A stretch of DNA of 64,000 bases from Eledone cirrhosa. Taxonomy: Eukaryota. The stretch covers positions 148,428,001 through 148,492,000 of the forward strand of contig OZ024740.1 of NCBI GenBank assembly GCA_964016885.1. The letters run 5' to 3'. The translations under genes were made by a program, and so were the position numbers. This document shows, piece after piece, positions 1 to 15,252 of the stretch (its first letter is position 1; every line of letters starts with the position of its first letter). Under the pieces are notes generated by a model. It was not told the origin of the DNA. It saw nothing but the letters and a program-made list of their open reading frames with translations, and ran no database searches.

Positions 1-358
1 CTCTGATGTAACACCTGCAACCCTGATGGTATCCAATGATGTTGACTTGTTCTTCTTTTTGGTAAACATCATCTTGGTTAAGAGAGTGGGACTGGCTTTG
101 TGCAGTGCCTTTGCTCACTATAAAAGCTTCACGGCACAGAAATTGCTTTGTATCTGGAGATCTCTCTGCACTTGTCGTCACATGGTACCATGGGCCGAGC
201 ACTATGTGTCAATAATAGTCACAAGTGTAGTGTCTGTACCAGAGTTTTCAAGTCGCTGGCTGGACTAAAAAGTCACATTCGTTCAGCGCATCGGTAGGGG
301 TTCTCCTACATGGATATAAAGTAGTGGCCGTACTCGAAAACGAGTTGGCAGCCACCAT
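1..358 (+). mobile_element. Family E copy (cut by the window start), followed by (TATG)n
   Basis: Nearly identical to 37461-37818. Confidence 0.8.
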
Positions 359-391
359 GTATGTATGTATGTATGTATGTATGTATGTATG

Positions 392-422
<31 letters not shown>

Positions 423-999
423 TTGTGGTTTTACAATTTTATGAATGTTTACCAATAGAGTGAGAGTCCGTTTCTAACATAGATACAAGATTCTTCCATT
501 GGAATGTAAACAACATCAACTAGGTAGGTATCTCTGCATGTCTGCATGCGTATGTGTGCAGGTATGAGTGTTATTTTACGTGTGGATGTGTATATTTTGA
601 GTTATATGTGTGCATGTTCATATGGTGTGTATCTGGATATGTGTACATGCAGTTATTACATGCAGAATTTTTGGAATGCTTTACATATTTTTATTGTTCC
701 ATTAATGGATTGGACTTGTAATTTCCTAACTAGTCGTGTGTTTCTGGTTCTGTGAAGCTCAACTTCTCAAGGCAGTTACTAACATATCGCAGTGCCCCAA
801 TAATCACAGGTATAAATCTGAAGGTCTAGTCAAGGTGGAGTAACTGCAGATTCCTCATTATTTCTGCATAGATATTCTCCTTTTCGTTAATCTTTAATAT
901 TATATTGGCATCTGCATTAACTTCCACCACTATATGTCTCTCTGTATGTCTGTCTGTCTGTCTGTCTGTCTGTATATATATATATATATATATATATAC

Positions 1000-1114
<115 letters not shown>

Positions 1115-1275
1115 TATACCGTTAATTAATTGAAATATGCTTATTGGTGCGCACATTTTAATTATCGATATCTTAAGTAAAAGAACATTAGAACAAACAA
1201 AAATAATGCATATCTTATAATGATAAATGTGTACACAAATATACATGTAAAAATATACAGTATTTCTATCTGACA

Positions 1276-1451
<176 letters not shown>

Positions 1452-1574
1452 CTTTATTCATATTAATTCATTTTATTGTCATTAGATCAGGGTAATTATA
1501 TGTATCATTTGAGTTACATTATCAATAATTAATATATAATAAATATTGAAGTAAAAATATTAATTCCTAATTTT

Positions 1575-2030
1575 GTCAAGGTGTTGGGGAAAGAAATGAC
1601 GATTACATTGTCCGCAGTACATGACTGTTATTTTTTCATTGTTCCCCGAAAGAATGAATGGCAATTTTGACCTCACCTAGATTTGAACTCCGAATGTGTA
1701 ACTAAATGCTTTTAAACCATTTTATACGACGCTGAAATAATTTAGCCAATCCACCACTCCTACGAAAGTAAAATTAATACACAACGACACTCACTGAGAC
1801 ACACATAAAGCAAGAAAATAATTTTTTCTAATTTAGGCACAAGGCCAGCAATTTGAAGGGAGGGGGGGAGTCGATTAAATGGACGCCAGTGCGTTATTGG
1901 TGCTTTATTTATCAACCCCGTAAGGATAAAAGGCAAAGCTAACCTCGGCAGGATTCGACCTCAGAATGTAAAGGGCCGTAACTCTATGCCACAAAGCATG
2001 TTGTCCAACGCTCTACCGATTCTGCAAGCG
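1575..2030 (-). mobile_element. Two SINE copies (degenerate ~1575-1755; better preserved ~1820-2030)
   Basis: Reverse-complement core TTTATTTATCAACCCCGTAAGGATAAAAGGCAAAG and tail TAGGCACAAGGCC. Confidence 0.75.
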
Positions 2031-3110
2031 AGAAAATAATAACAAATATTAGCTTAGTTATAATATTGTAATTATACATTAAGTACAATAGTTAGATACC
2101 TAAAAAAAATCTGTTAGATTTATTGTGTAGATATTGTTGTACCTGAAATACATTTGCAAAACTGTATCGATTGTTTATCCTAATTTTATCTGTTTCTGAT
2201 AACTATTGTAAAAAAAAAGTTGTCGAGAAGACGACTCCGTAATCAACCGTCTCTTATATAATAATTATACTCTATTAAAAATATATTCTCCCAAGAACAC
2301 TACTAACGTTATGAACAGTGTTTCTATAATTTACGCCCTATATGCACCTATAAAAGTTTAAAATGCATAAAATTAAAATTAGGTTGCCTACAGGCGACCT
2401 TTTCTTAGTAGGCATTCAACATTTCGCTTCCAAAACAAACATACATTGTTTGATTAGATTATTCAACCGAAATATATTTATATATTAATAAAAACGTAAA
2501 TGTTAATACTATTGCTAGAGTAATAAATGCGAACATATATAAATTATTTATTGTTTTATGTACTTAAGCAGACAAACAAACACAACTAGCACAATTACGC
2601 CACTTATAATGGTTTTTAAATATCCATAAATAATTTCTCGCATAAATACAGGGACACATATTTTGGTGGTGGTAGTAAGTCCTCTTATATAGATTTTTGG
2701 TATTTGTTTTTACCGGACCTAATAAATGGTTTGAAAAATAATAAAGTAACGTGGCTTTTAGTATTAGAACCACGATTGTTAAGTAACCTCACAAATATTT
2801 ATTTTCCTTATCATTAGCCATCGTTTAGTTCACCTATAATCACAACATTCAATTTCCCAACACCAATACTGCTTATGCTACATGTACGTCATATGGTACA
2901 GTGGTTAGGTTCTCAGCGAAGCGAGTATGTCCCTTGATTTCAATTTCCAAATATTCTAATCGACATATACTAGTGATAGCTTCAGGAAAGCATACTCATA
3001 ATCTCTCAACTTTTCAAATAGATCTTAAATAAATATTAGACAAAATAAACACACACGCACGTACGAACTCGCCTGCGCGCACAAACACTGACATATACGG
3101 ATGTATTCAT

Positions 3111-3204
<94 letters not shown>

Positions 3205-3290
3205 TGAGTGTGTGTGTGTGTGTGTGTGTGTCTGTGTGTCTGTGTATGTCTCTGTGTGTACGTATATATATATATACTTTTTGAATATTA

Positions 3291-3356
<66 letters not shown>

Positions 3357-4220
3357 AACACACACTCTTATATTGGCATATTCATATGCAGTCAGACGTT
3401 ACTTATTGGCTTGTATACACATGTATGTCACACACGGAGCACTATTTATAAATACATGATGCCCCCCCCCCCCCCACAAAGATAATTCTCTTTTTCTCTT
3501 CTCTTTCTATTTAACTCCCCCTTCTCGCTCTTTCTTTCCGCTTTTTTCTTTCTCCTCTCCCCCTCTACATTAAAGTTCAGAATCTCACTAACTTCCACCC
3601 GAGATTAGCAGTCATCAACAACAACTTACAACTTCGAGCAGCAACTTATATTCTATAATGCCAAAATTAACATCCTCTGATTAACTAACGTACAGTGTGA
3701 GAAGTAACCGGACTAAACAGCTGATACAGGATCCTTTATAAATCGAAAGATTTTTCTTGTGGTTTAGCCTAGCGAACACGTTTGGCTTCAATTTATCGAT
3801 CTATTTAACTTCTACTTCGTTCATTATTTTATATTGGACAGTTATAACTTAATATAATTGTTAGATATATTTGTCAATATATATTTAGTGAAAATATTCA
3901 AATGCTGAGAGAAAAATTTTATATAATAAGGAATTACTATGAAAACATATGTATAGTAATTAAATACATTAATTATATAATTACATTATATTATAATTTA
4001 CTTATAATATAATTTAATACTTAAAACGTGCACGCATACATATGTATTTACATACAAATATACAATGCCTTAAGTATTTAATTAAAGAAATTAATTAACA
4101 CACACATACATCCATCCAAGCATATACATTTACTCACACCCACACACAAACACACGCATACACACACACACACACGCACCCACACCCACACACCCACACA
4201 CACACACGCACACACACACA

Positions 4221-4316
<96 letters not shown>

Positions 4317-4425
4317 TATATATACGTGCGCGTGTGTATGTATTATATACAAACAATGCATTTAAGTATATAATTAAGTACATCACCCATCGTTTCACAA
4401 CGTTGCTATCAGCAAATCCTATATC

Positions 4426-5416
4426 ATGTTTTTGGGTAGCTGTGTCGGGTGTTTACCCGCATCTGCTACGTCCCTTAGCTACTGGACAACTCTGTCACCT
4501 CACCATTATTTACCCCCTACTGAATTGAATGCTATGTCCAGTTATGGAGTTAAGAATCCCACATCATTTCACATCGCTGAAATTCTACATCATCATCAGC
4601 ATCAACAACACCAACAACAGCAACAACACTTACAACAACAACATCAGCAGCAGCAGCTGCAACAGAATACTACGCACGACAACAGTAATATTAGTAGCAA
4701 TAGCAGTGACATTAGTAAAGTCGTTAGTTGTAACAATAATATTACAAGTAAATATATCAGTTGCAGAACTTCATCACCGTGTGGACATGCACATTCGACG
4801 ATAGATGCACCTACTCTCAGCAGAACTGTCGTTGATATCGGTGAGGACGATGGGACAGTTGCTATAGAAAAGGGGGGAGGGAGAGGAGAAAGAGAGAGAG
4901 GAGAAGGAGAAGAGAATCATGCTGTAGCTCTGACAGTAACATCGTCTTCTTCATCGTCGTCAGCATCATCATCGTCTTCATTATCATCACTATCCTCTTC
5001 ATCGACGACAGGTGTCGTTGGTAGCGGCTGTAGAGAAGAGGAAGGATTTTCTATGAAAAGAGAACAAAGTGCAATGGTGAGGAGCGTGGGTTCGCTATTG
5101 ACTGCATCTGCGGCAGAGAGTGGTATATTATCGAACAGCAGTCGTAGTTATTCACCTACTATAGATGCAACAAGTTTGTCGACTACTGTCGCCGGTGGGA
5201 TAGCACCTTTGCAAGCTCTCTGTTCGGCCGGAGCCTTTTCACGTTTAAGTTCTTCAGGTGTTATAAATAATTCTAATGGAATCGATCTCTCACAGAACTT
5301 GTCTGTTTACCGGGGTCGATCAGGTCCATCCGGTGCCACAGCTTCGGCCAGCCAGTTAAAATTTGGAATCAACAGAATCTTATCGGAGGATTTTGGCAAA
5401 CATAGATTAGATAAAG
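4426..5416 (+). CDS. Hlx: First coding exon of an H2.0-like homeobox (Hlx) transcription factor; homeodomain not in this exon
   Basis: ATG at 4426. VKNPTSFHIAEILH and LKFGINRILSEDF match the two eh1-type motifs I recall from vertebrate HLX (VKKPSFCIADILH; LKFGIDRILSAEF), in the same order, with a His/Gln tract between them. A canonical donor AAG|GTAAGT follows 5416 (phase 1), and the ORF becomes AT-rich, intron-like sequence after it. Confidence 0.85.
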
Positions 5417-5556
5417 GTAAGTCAAAGTTTTTGTTGAAAAAAGAGAAAAAAAAAATGCAATGTATTATAAATAAAATTACAAAAAATTCCGTCGAGGTTA
5501 TGAAGTTATATATAGATGTAAATATATAATGCATCATCTTATCTATACTACATTAT

Positions 5557-5617
<61 letters not shown>

Positions 5618-5759
5618 TTATATATATATTTATATATATATATCCAAAACAGGTAGGGTACACAAGACATCTGGAAACCACTATATAAATGTACACAGGC
5701 ATATAACATTTTTATTTTTTATTTTGAATGTATAGGCCTTTGTGTGTGAGTGTGTTTGT

Positions 5760-5843
<84 letters not shown>

Positions 5844-6286
5844 GCATAAATGCGAGTGTAAGTGTCTGGTATCATGCCTGTGGGTGATTATATGTATAAA
5901 TATTCAAAGAAAGAATGTCGCAAAAGAAAAAATAATCATGACCATTTTTTGTGTCATCTCTTTTTAGCGGAATTTTGCTAAGAGAATGTGTATAGGTGCG
6001 GGAATGATTGTTTGTATATGTGAAGGAATGATATATGATGTGTGTGTATGAGGGTGATGTGTGTGTGTGTGTGGGTGATGTGTGTGTGTGTTTTTTATTG
6101 TGTTGACAGTAATATAAGGTGTAACATAGGTGAGATTCCTAAAACAGCTGTGTACTTCAAATGATATGTTACTTCACTTGTAGGCGGAAACCCATAGGTA
6201 GATTCATGCGCGTGTGTGTAATCATGTATATGTGTATGTATGCATATATATATATATATATGTTATATATATGTGTGTGAATGTGA

Positions 6287-6319
<33 letters not shown>

Positions 6320-6335
6320 GTGTGTGTGAATGTGA

Positions 6336-6367
<32 letters not shown>

Positions 6368-6396
6368 ATTTATATATATATATATATATTTATTTA

Positions 6397-6756
<360 letters not shown>

Positions 6757-6810
6757 TGATGCGTTATCTAACGTCAGGTCAATATCTGTAGCCCTGCATA
6801 TGTGTATATA

Positions 6811-6892
<82 letters not shown>

Positions 6893-7153
6893 AAAAAGTT
6901 GGGGCCCTTCGGCCGAGTTCTTGCCCTTTCGACAGCTAATTCCTTGTGTGTGTGAGTGTTTGTATATGTGCGCCTGGATGTGTACATGTATATAATATTT
7001 GTTGTTCTTCTTTTCTGTATAATTCTTTAACGTGGCCATCCCTTTATTTTACAATAGGCACCGTACTCAGAATAATGTTATTTAAGTGTCTGACATAAAA
7101 TTGGAAGGGTGTCATTTGGGGAAGGTGTATAGGTGCGGGCACGCGTTTGTTAA

Positions 7154-7226
<73 letters not shown>

Positions 7227-7831
7227 AAACATGTATGTATATATGCGTATAAGTGGTTTAGCATATGTATTAGGATGTGTCAATGACTATATGACTATGT
7301 ATATGAGTATATGCGGATTGATGTCTGTGTGTCTCTGTGTGAAGGTGTATATGATGAAAATATTGATTATGTTTTGTTTATACAAGCAAAGACTGAAAAC
7401 AGTCGTTGGTGTATGAATCTGAAAAACGGAAATAAACAGAACATTACGCCAGGTATTTGAGGCAGTATATTTGAGTTATAGAACCGATTCAAGCAACAAC
7501 CTTGTCACCGGACATGTTAATCAATCTTAAAGTAAAATTCTTCTGAATGCATTCTGTATTCGTACCCTCTCCAGTTACCCACAAAGTTATCAAAACATTG
7601 TGTAAATGTACCCAGTATTGATATCAAGCCACAAATTTATTGAAATTATTGAGGTAGTAACAATACTGGCTGGCTTCAGATAAAATTTTGTTTTAGGTTT
7701 GATTAACATGTCTGATGAATAGAATAATGAAGGTGTCGAGTCTATGACAGAGGTATGGACATTGCGCAAATCACATGTGAAACTGTTCAAGTATCAATAC
7801 AGACATTCATGTGAAATTTCCTTTTGTAATA

Positions 7832-7884
<53 letters not shown>

Positions 7885-8041
7885 TCAAACATTTAAATGT
7901 TACAATACATGTTTAAAAGTGTTTGACCCGTGGTTGCGGTACAGCGTGTTGTTCATGCAAACAGTATTTATTTTATCAACTTTGATGGCACTGATCACAG
8001 CGATATTAAATTTGAGTGTCTAGAAAAGAATCAACCAGTCA

Positions 8042-8115
<74 letters not shown>

Positions 8116-8980
8116 GCGACGACGTTCTCGAGGAAACTCTAGGCATCGAAGAAGACGAACTGACCAGTCTGTTCGGGAGGACTTTCCTTCCAGGGCCTAT
8201 GGATAACTTCCAGAGGTCTCTGGCCTGGCAGTTCTACCGAGTAGCTCTACCAGCTCGAGACAAAATCTACTGGCACGGACGCCCTGGCAGAGATCCTGCC
8301 AAAAGGACCTGTCCAAGATGCGAGCAGGACATCGAAACTGTTCTGCACGCAATTGTTCAGTACCCAGGGGTGACCGACCTGTGGAATTATGTCGAACAGC
8401 TACTGTCACGTGTAGGACGCATCCAGTTGTCAGCCGAGTCCATCGTGAGGATCACCCCGCCACCTTCATTTAAGAATGAAGGAGAGGAGGTTTTCCTCTA
8501 TCTGGTGGCTATGGCGAAAGAGGTAATATGGTGGACGAGGTTAAAAGGACTGAGGGCAAGCACCTTTCTCTCCGGACAACAACTCATCCCCTTCTTTAAG
8601 TACCACTTCAGAAGGAAGGTGAGAGTGGAGAAAGAGGTGCTACACCCCAGTAAATTCGCTGAAAGGTGGGTGAATGTGGCGAAAATGGCCCGGGTGAATG
8701 GGCCTTCTCTGTATATAAACCTGTAGGTTGAGGAAGATAAACAGAGGGAAGACGGGAACACCTACAAAACATGTTCCTGGTGTTTAGGGTTGTTCTATCC
8801 ACGGGGTGTAAAACAACCCTGCAGTAGCGTTACCAGCCCCACCACCTAATGGGGATTTCAATTGTTTTATTTTTATAGAGTTTATAGTTATTTATCATTG
8901 TTAAAGATTTTATGTAAAACCCACGCCGTCACGTCTTGTAATGTCCCATTTTTGTACGCCCCTGTGGCAAATAAAGAAAG
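8116..8980 (+). mobile_element. 5'-truncated Tx1-like LINE copy directly after (TCTA)n
   Basis: Translation is homologous to 55366-56070 (GPMDNFQRSLAWQ, CPRCEQDIETVLHA). The 3' UTR ends CCTGTGGCAAATAAAGAAAG. Confidence 0.9.
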
Positions 8981-9214
8981 ATATCTATACACACACATAT
9001 ATATATAGAGAGTGTGTGGGGGAAGAAAATGTTGGAAGATTAAGGATTTCTACCAAATTTGCGATATATATATGAAAAATGATAAAGATTTGAAAAACAG
9101 CACCTAATGTATTTTTATCTTATATCCATATCACGTGTATAGTATACAAAGACAAACAGTTTTTCCATCAAAAAGAATAGTTTTTGTTCTTTTGTACTTG
9201 ACCAGTTTCGATTG

Positions 9215-9308
<94 letters not shown>

Positions 9309-9320
9309 CAATGCAAAAAA

Positions 9321-9890
9321 AGGCCATATTCCAAATATTCTTTGAATGTTGCAAAATCCTGATACGTATTTCTATGGCCAACTGGCCCATGTCGTCAGAC
9401 CATGACATAAGGCTATGACGACGTCACTTTATGAGACTTACATCTGACGATATTAACCGCCACGGTACGCTGGTTTTCAGTCGGGACTAGCACATCTATC
9501 ATAGTTTATAGCGCTCAGAGTCCTTGTTAAACACATCAAACAATTTAGTTCCGAGTGGCTTTACGATTTACAGTAATGTGTCACTCTCAAATAACCTCCT
9601 TGGTCACGCCTACGAACCCACAATGCATAGCATTTTCGAATGTGTGGCATACTGGGGCAGTCATTCATTGAGGATGCATTGACCGATGGACTGGCTCCAT
9701 ATCGATTCTTAATTCCCATTTGCCGTAATCCAGTAATTGACACTTACCTTTAAATATTTTATACTAATGATACCTGAATACGTCGTAATATGAGTTACGT
9801 CATGATCTGATGACGTGGGCTTCTCGGCCATAGAAATCTTGTCGGGATTTAATAACATTAAAAGAATATTAGGAATCCGGCCTTCCCCTT
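9321..9890. mobile_element. Old MITE-like element with degenerate ~95-bp terminal inverted repeats
   Basis: Left GGCCATATTCCAAATATTCTTTGAATG..TTTCTATGGCC..TCAGACCATGAC matches the reverse complement of 9798-9883. Confidence 0.55.
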
Positions 9891-10035
9891 TCACCAGATA
9901 CCACATCTACGATGGACGATACATGGAACTTTGAGCGCTTCGGCTTATTGTATCATGGTCTGCAAATCGGAATGACAAGATCTACCCATTAGTTAGAGAC
10001 CATCTAACATAAATGATATATACCTTTATATATAG

Positions 10036-10075
<40 letters not shown>

Positions 10076-10116
10076 AATATGTATGTATATATATTATATA
10101 TATATATATGTGTGTG

Positions 10117-10147
<31 letters not shown>

Positions 10148-10151
<4 letters not shown>

Positions 10152-10354
10152 AAATTCAGGACCCCGACGGCTGAACTCCGGCCGTTTCGACAGCTAGATC
10201 CGAACTGTTTCGTCTGTTTGGATCTAGCTGTCGAAACGGCTGGAGCTCAGCCGTCGGGGTCCTGAATATTTTCATATTGCCCACTCTACTACACCAAGTA
10301 TCGAGTACTCTGGTACGTTATGGTCCACCTGGTATCTCCCCACACCCTCTTTGT

Positions 10355-10357
<3 letters not shown>
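10148..10357 (+). mobile_element. Family F fold-back insert in (TA)n (hairpin plus ~85-nt single-copy tail)
   Basis: GACCCCGACGGCTGA..TTTCGACAGCTAGATCC..GGATCTAGCTGTCGAAACGGC..GCCGTCGGGGTC, then tail CCCACTCTACTAC..GAGTACTCTGG..ATGGTCCACCTGG. Confidence 0.7.
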
Positions 10358-10409
<52 letters not shown>

Positions 10410-10529
10410 TTCCCGGGTTCAATCGGGGGTAACCACAGTAAGTAAGGTACTCAATACATAGCAGAGTATAAATCTTTAATACAGAAATGGCTTCTACAGG
10501 ACTAGAACTGTTTCATTCGAAGGAAATTA

Positions 10530-10702
<173 letters not shown>

Positions 10703-10711
10703 CCTATATAT

Positions 10712-11205
10712 ACCGTATATATTGTACTAAAAGTCGATCTCATGTAAAAGTCGACCCTCCATTTTTGACGCTAAAATGCGGAGATTTTTAGAGACCTGCT
10801 ATAAAAGACGAACATAGTTTTTCGCACATAAGAAGTCAATGTTTGTGGCTCAAGTCATTACCCTGTACGTAGAAGTAACACTGTTACAAAACGTCATACA
10901 TTTAAGGCAAATTTATATTATTGAAGCTACATGTCTACCCCTCAAAAAAAAATCCGGATTGCACGGAGTTTATAGTAAAATACTATATAATAGCGAACAC
11001 TACACATCTTTTGATAGGTGATACATCAACATTACTAAAATGTATGAACAAGATAACTGTAATTCATTGTGTTTTTCATTTTATTCGTCTAGAGATTAGT
11101 TCGGCTTGTGCTACTTACGAGTCAACCCCTCAAAAGTAGTTAATAGTCGACCGATGATTTTAACTATAATAAATGGCTAAAAGTATGTACTCTTTTACAC
11201 TAGCA
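10712..11205. mobile_element. Degenerate pogo-like MITE
   Basis: Starts TA-CCGTATATA with repeated TAAAAGTCGA motifs; the right end is eroded. Confidence 0.4.
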
Positions 11206-11225
11206 TATATATATATGTATATATA

Positions 11226-11271
<46 letters not shown>

Positions 11272-11576
11272 CTACATATATATATGTTTATAAATTTATG
11301 TACAAAAGGCTTGTACATATATACAAGAATGCTAATATAAACTTCTGTCTTTACTCTACATATATATTGAGTGCCTTATTTACTATGGTTACCCCGGACT
11401 CAATTCGGGTTCTCTATACCCCCTCTCTCTCTATATTTATAGCTTAAACAAGGTTCAATGAATAAACCAAAGAATGAGTTTTACAATAGATTGGAAGCAC
11501 TCAACAATTATGGTTTTCCGGAGTTATTATTATTAATTCAAAATATTAACAAAATAGATATTCATGTGATCAAGTA

Positions 11577-11623
11577 TATTTTATTATAGATATTTCAACA
11601 GTACGTCCTCATCAGATAAAATA
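11577..11623 (-). ncRNA. Hammerhead ribozyme motif (family B, stem II shortened by deletion)
   Basis: UAUUUUAU CUGAUGA GGACGUACUGUU GAAA UAUCUA UA^AUAAAAUA. Confidence 0.65.
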
Positions 11624-11676
11624 AGATGATGCATGACATACCCTGACATAGTACATGGTTAATATTCAGTCATGTA

Positions 11677-11708
<32 letters not shown>

Positions 11709-11807
11709 CATCTATTTATATATACATACATTTATATATAAATATATATACACATGCATATATATATATACATATATATGTATATATATATACATATATA
11801 TATATAC

Positions 11808-11862
<55 letters not shown>

Positions 11863-11869
11863 TATATGT

Positions 11870-11914
<45 letters not shown>

Positions 11915-12009
11915 TATACACACACATAAATATATATTTTTATATATAAATATACTACCATGACTGAATCTTAACCATCTACTATGTCAGAGTATGTCAT
12001 GCATCATCT

Positions 12010-12076
12010 TATTTTATCTGATGAGGACGTACTGTTGAAGTTAACTCAATACCTCTGAAATATGTATATTAAAATA
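12010..12076 (+). ncRNA. Hammerhead ribozyme motif (family B)
   Basis: UAUUUUAU CUGAUGA GGACGUACUG..CAAUACCUCU GAAA UAUGUA UA^UUAAAAUA; a few stem mismatches. Confidence 0.7.
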
Positions 12077-12116
12077 TACTTGATCACAAGAATATCTATT
12101 ATGTTAATATATGAAA

Positions 12117-12164
<48 letters not shown>

Positions 12165-12205
12165 GCGTATATACATAGATATATATACATGCGTATATAC
12201 ATAGG

Positions 12206-12241
<36 letters not shown>

Positions 12242-12244
12242 CAA

Positions 12245-12291
<47 letters not shown>

Positions 12292-12359
12292 TATTTATAT
12301 ATACATACATTTATATATAAATATATATACACATGCATATATATATATACATATATATA

Positions 12360-12455
<96 letters not shown>

Positions 12456-12827
12456 CACACACACACATAAATATATATTTTTATATATAAATATATACAC
12501 ACATAGATACATACACACACACACACATATATATATACATATGTGTCTGTGTGTGTGTGTACATTTGTCTGTGTATGTGTGTGTGTATATACACAGTGTG
12601 TATATACATGTATATACACAGCTCTGACATGGCAGAGTAATAACTTTGTGGTGTTCTAAATACAATCACATATATGTATTGGTTAGTATAGGAATAAAAC
12701 AAACTGACACTGAACCATACTTATATTAAGTGTATAAGTGCCAGTTCCATACTCACCAACTTACTCTATATATTTATAGTTCACTTCATCTAACTACTGG
12801 ATTTCACATCATCATCGAAACATACAC

Positions 12828-12989
<162 letters not shown>

Positions 12990-13052
12990 AAAGAATGAAG
13001 AATAACATGGTTGGCTGTACACTAGGATTTATATGTATATATATATACTTAG

Positions 13053-13139
<87 letters not shown>

Positions 13140-13217
13140 TATATATATATAAACGGAAAAAAATTAACGAAATTTCATTTCTTGATCTTAGTACGGCTGT
13201 TACTTAAAAGTACATAT

Positions 13218-13351
<134 letters not shown>

Positions 13352-13570
13352 ATAAGGAGTTGACGGACCCAGCATATTTATCAATGCCAGGACCGGTTGT
13401 ATCTCAGCGTACTCAATAGGTAATGTAAGATACATTCCCAGAGTATAAACATAGTTATTCGCTTCCAGACAACACACGTAAACGGGTGCCTATAATAGTT
13501 CCCGGACTCGAGTTTCGGCCATACTTGATGCACCAGTAAATATATACATGTGTGTATATCTATATACATA

Positions 13571-13616
<46 letters not shown>

Positions 13617-13773
13617 TGTGTGTGTGTTTGTGTGTGTGCGTGTGTGTGTATATATATATATATATAGTAAAGAAAGAAGAATAACATGGTCGACTGTAAA
13701 CTAGGGTTTATGTGTATATATGGAGAAGAGGTGAATATGTATATATATATACTTATATATATATATATATATA

Positions 13774-13906
<133 letters not shown>

Positions 13907-13915
13907 GTATATATA

Positions 13916-14007
13916 TAACGATGGAAATGTGGTAAGGAACCAGGTGGACCATAACGCACCAAAGTACTCAATACTTAGGGTAGTAGAGTGGGGGTCTTAC
14001 TTGTTCC

Positions 14008-14008
<1 letters not shown>
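13916..14008 (-). mobile_element. Family F remnant (tail; hairpin deleted)
   Basis: GTGGTAAGGAACCAGGTGGACCATAACGCACCAAAGTACTCAATACTTAGGGTAGTAGAGTGGG joined directly to GGTCTTACTTGTTCCT. Confidence 0.7.
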
Positions 14009-14096
<88 letters not shown>

Positions 14097-15074
14097 TTTA
14101 ATAAAGATTTTGAACAGAGGTAAAATAAATTTCTAATCTAATTTGGATGAGGGTGACCTCATGTAACTTAATGGAAATTTATATCTACACTTTTCTAAGT
14201 AGGGCATTTATGTACATAATCGTACGTTATAAAATTTTGACAAAAAATAATACCTAATTTTTTTATTACATCGCTACAATAATTCATCTTGTACAGTTAG
14301 TTTGCGAGATGAAATGAGAAACTTTATTCATTGTTCCAATTATTTTAAGATATGATGCTATTCAAACTCACCCACAAGCATCTATTCATATATACATAGT
14401 TACATCTTAAGAGATGACCATCACACACACACACATACATATATATAAATGTAAATATCTATTTATATATATATATATATATACACACACATGTATATGT
14501 ATATATATATATATATATACGTGTATGTGTGTGTGTGTGAGGAAATACTTTTATATTTGGGTATGGTCATCTTTTAAGATGCAACAATGTTAATCTTGAA
14601 TTCCTTACATTCTAAAACTAGGGTATATTATGTTTATATTTATTTAAAACTATTTTTAATACAATTAAAACAATGGCTATTAAACCGATATTACTTAGTA
14701 TATCATGTTCAATATATATAGATTTGATACTCCACATATATGATAATATATTTTTTTAAATAATTGTTTTACACCATAATTTTTTTGAGTCGGATAATGA
14801 TTATCAAACCTCAGGACGACCAAAATAATATTTCAAAATATATTTACACGCCATTTCTTCCTTCTCCACTCTCTTGTCTCGCCATAATCACGCTGCAGTA
14901 ATTCAATTTCACTGCATATATATTAAATACTTTTATAACTGTTCCCTCACGATGAATTTCCATATCTAGACTATAACTCCATGACAATCGTTCATTCCTC
15001 TGACCGTGAATTTTATTGTGTATAAAACCAATTAATACAGTGTAAATTACATTATTGCTATTTATCAATCGATT

Positions 15075-15252
15075 TGGCAGTATCGGTAGAGGGTTGGACG
15101 TCATGCTTTCTAGCGAAGATACGTCCTATTACGGTCTGAGTTCAAATCCCGTCGAGGTTAACTTTGCCTTTCATCCTTACGAGATTGATAAAATAAAGTA
15201 CCAGTAATGTACTGGGTAATTGCTGGCCTTTTGCCTAAAATAGAAACAATTG
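15075..15252 (+). mobile_element. tRNA-derived SINE copy
   Basis: Same A box, B box and core as 24522. Confidence 0.85.

Noticed and set aside
3480-3800. Putative Hlx promoter (pyrimidine tract, TTTATAAAT near 3735)
   Set aside because: The position is plausible, but such motifs are uninformative in DNA this AT-rich; TSS data are needed.
5417-5529. C-terminal extension of the 367-aa ORF
   Set aside because: It lies after a consensus splice donor and is A/T-rich read-through into the intron.
9805-9860. CTGATGA..GAAA..GTC hammerhead-like string
   Set aside because: No stem I pairing and a poor stem II base; it is part of a MITE terminal repeat.
15075-15160. tRNA gene calls at SINE heads
   Set aside because: A and B boxes are present, but there is no cloverleaf and the SINE core always follows.
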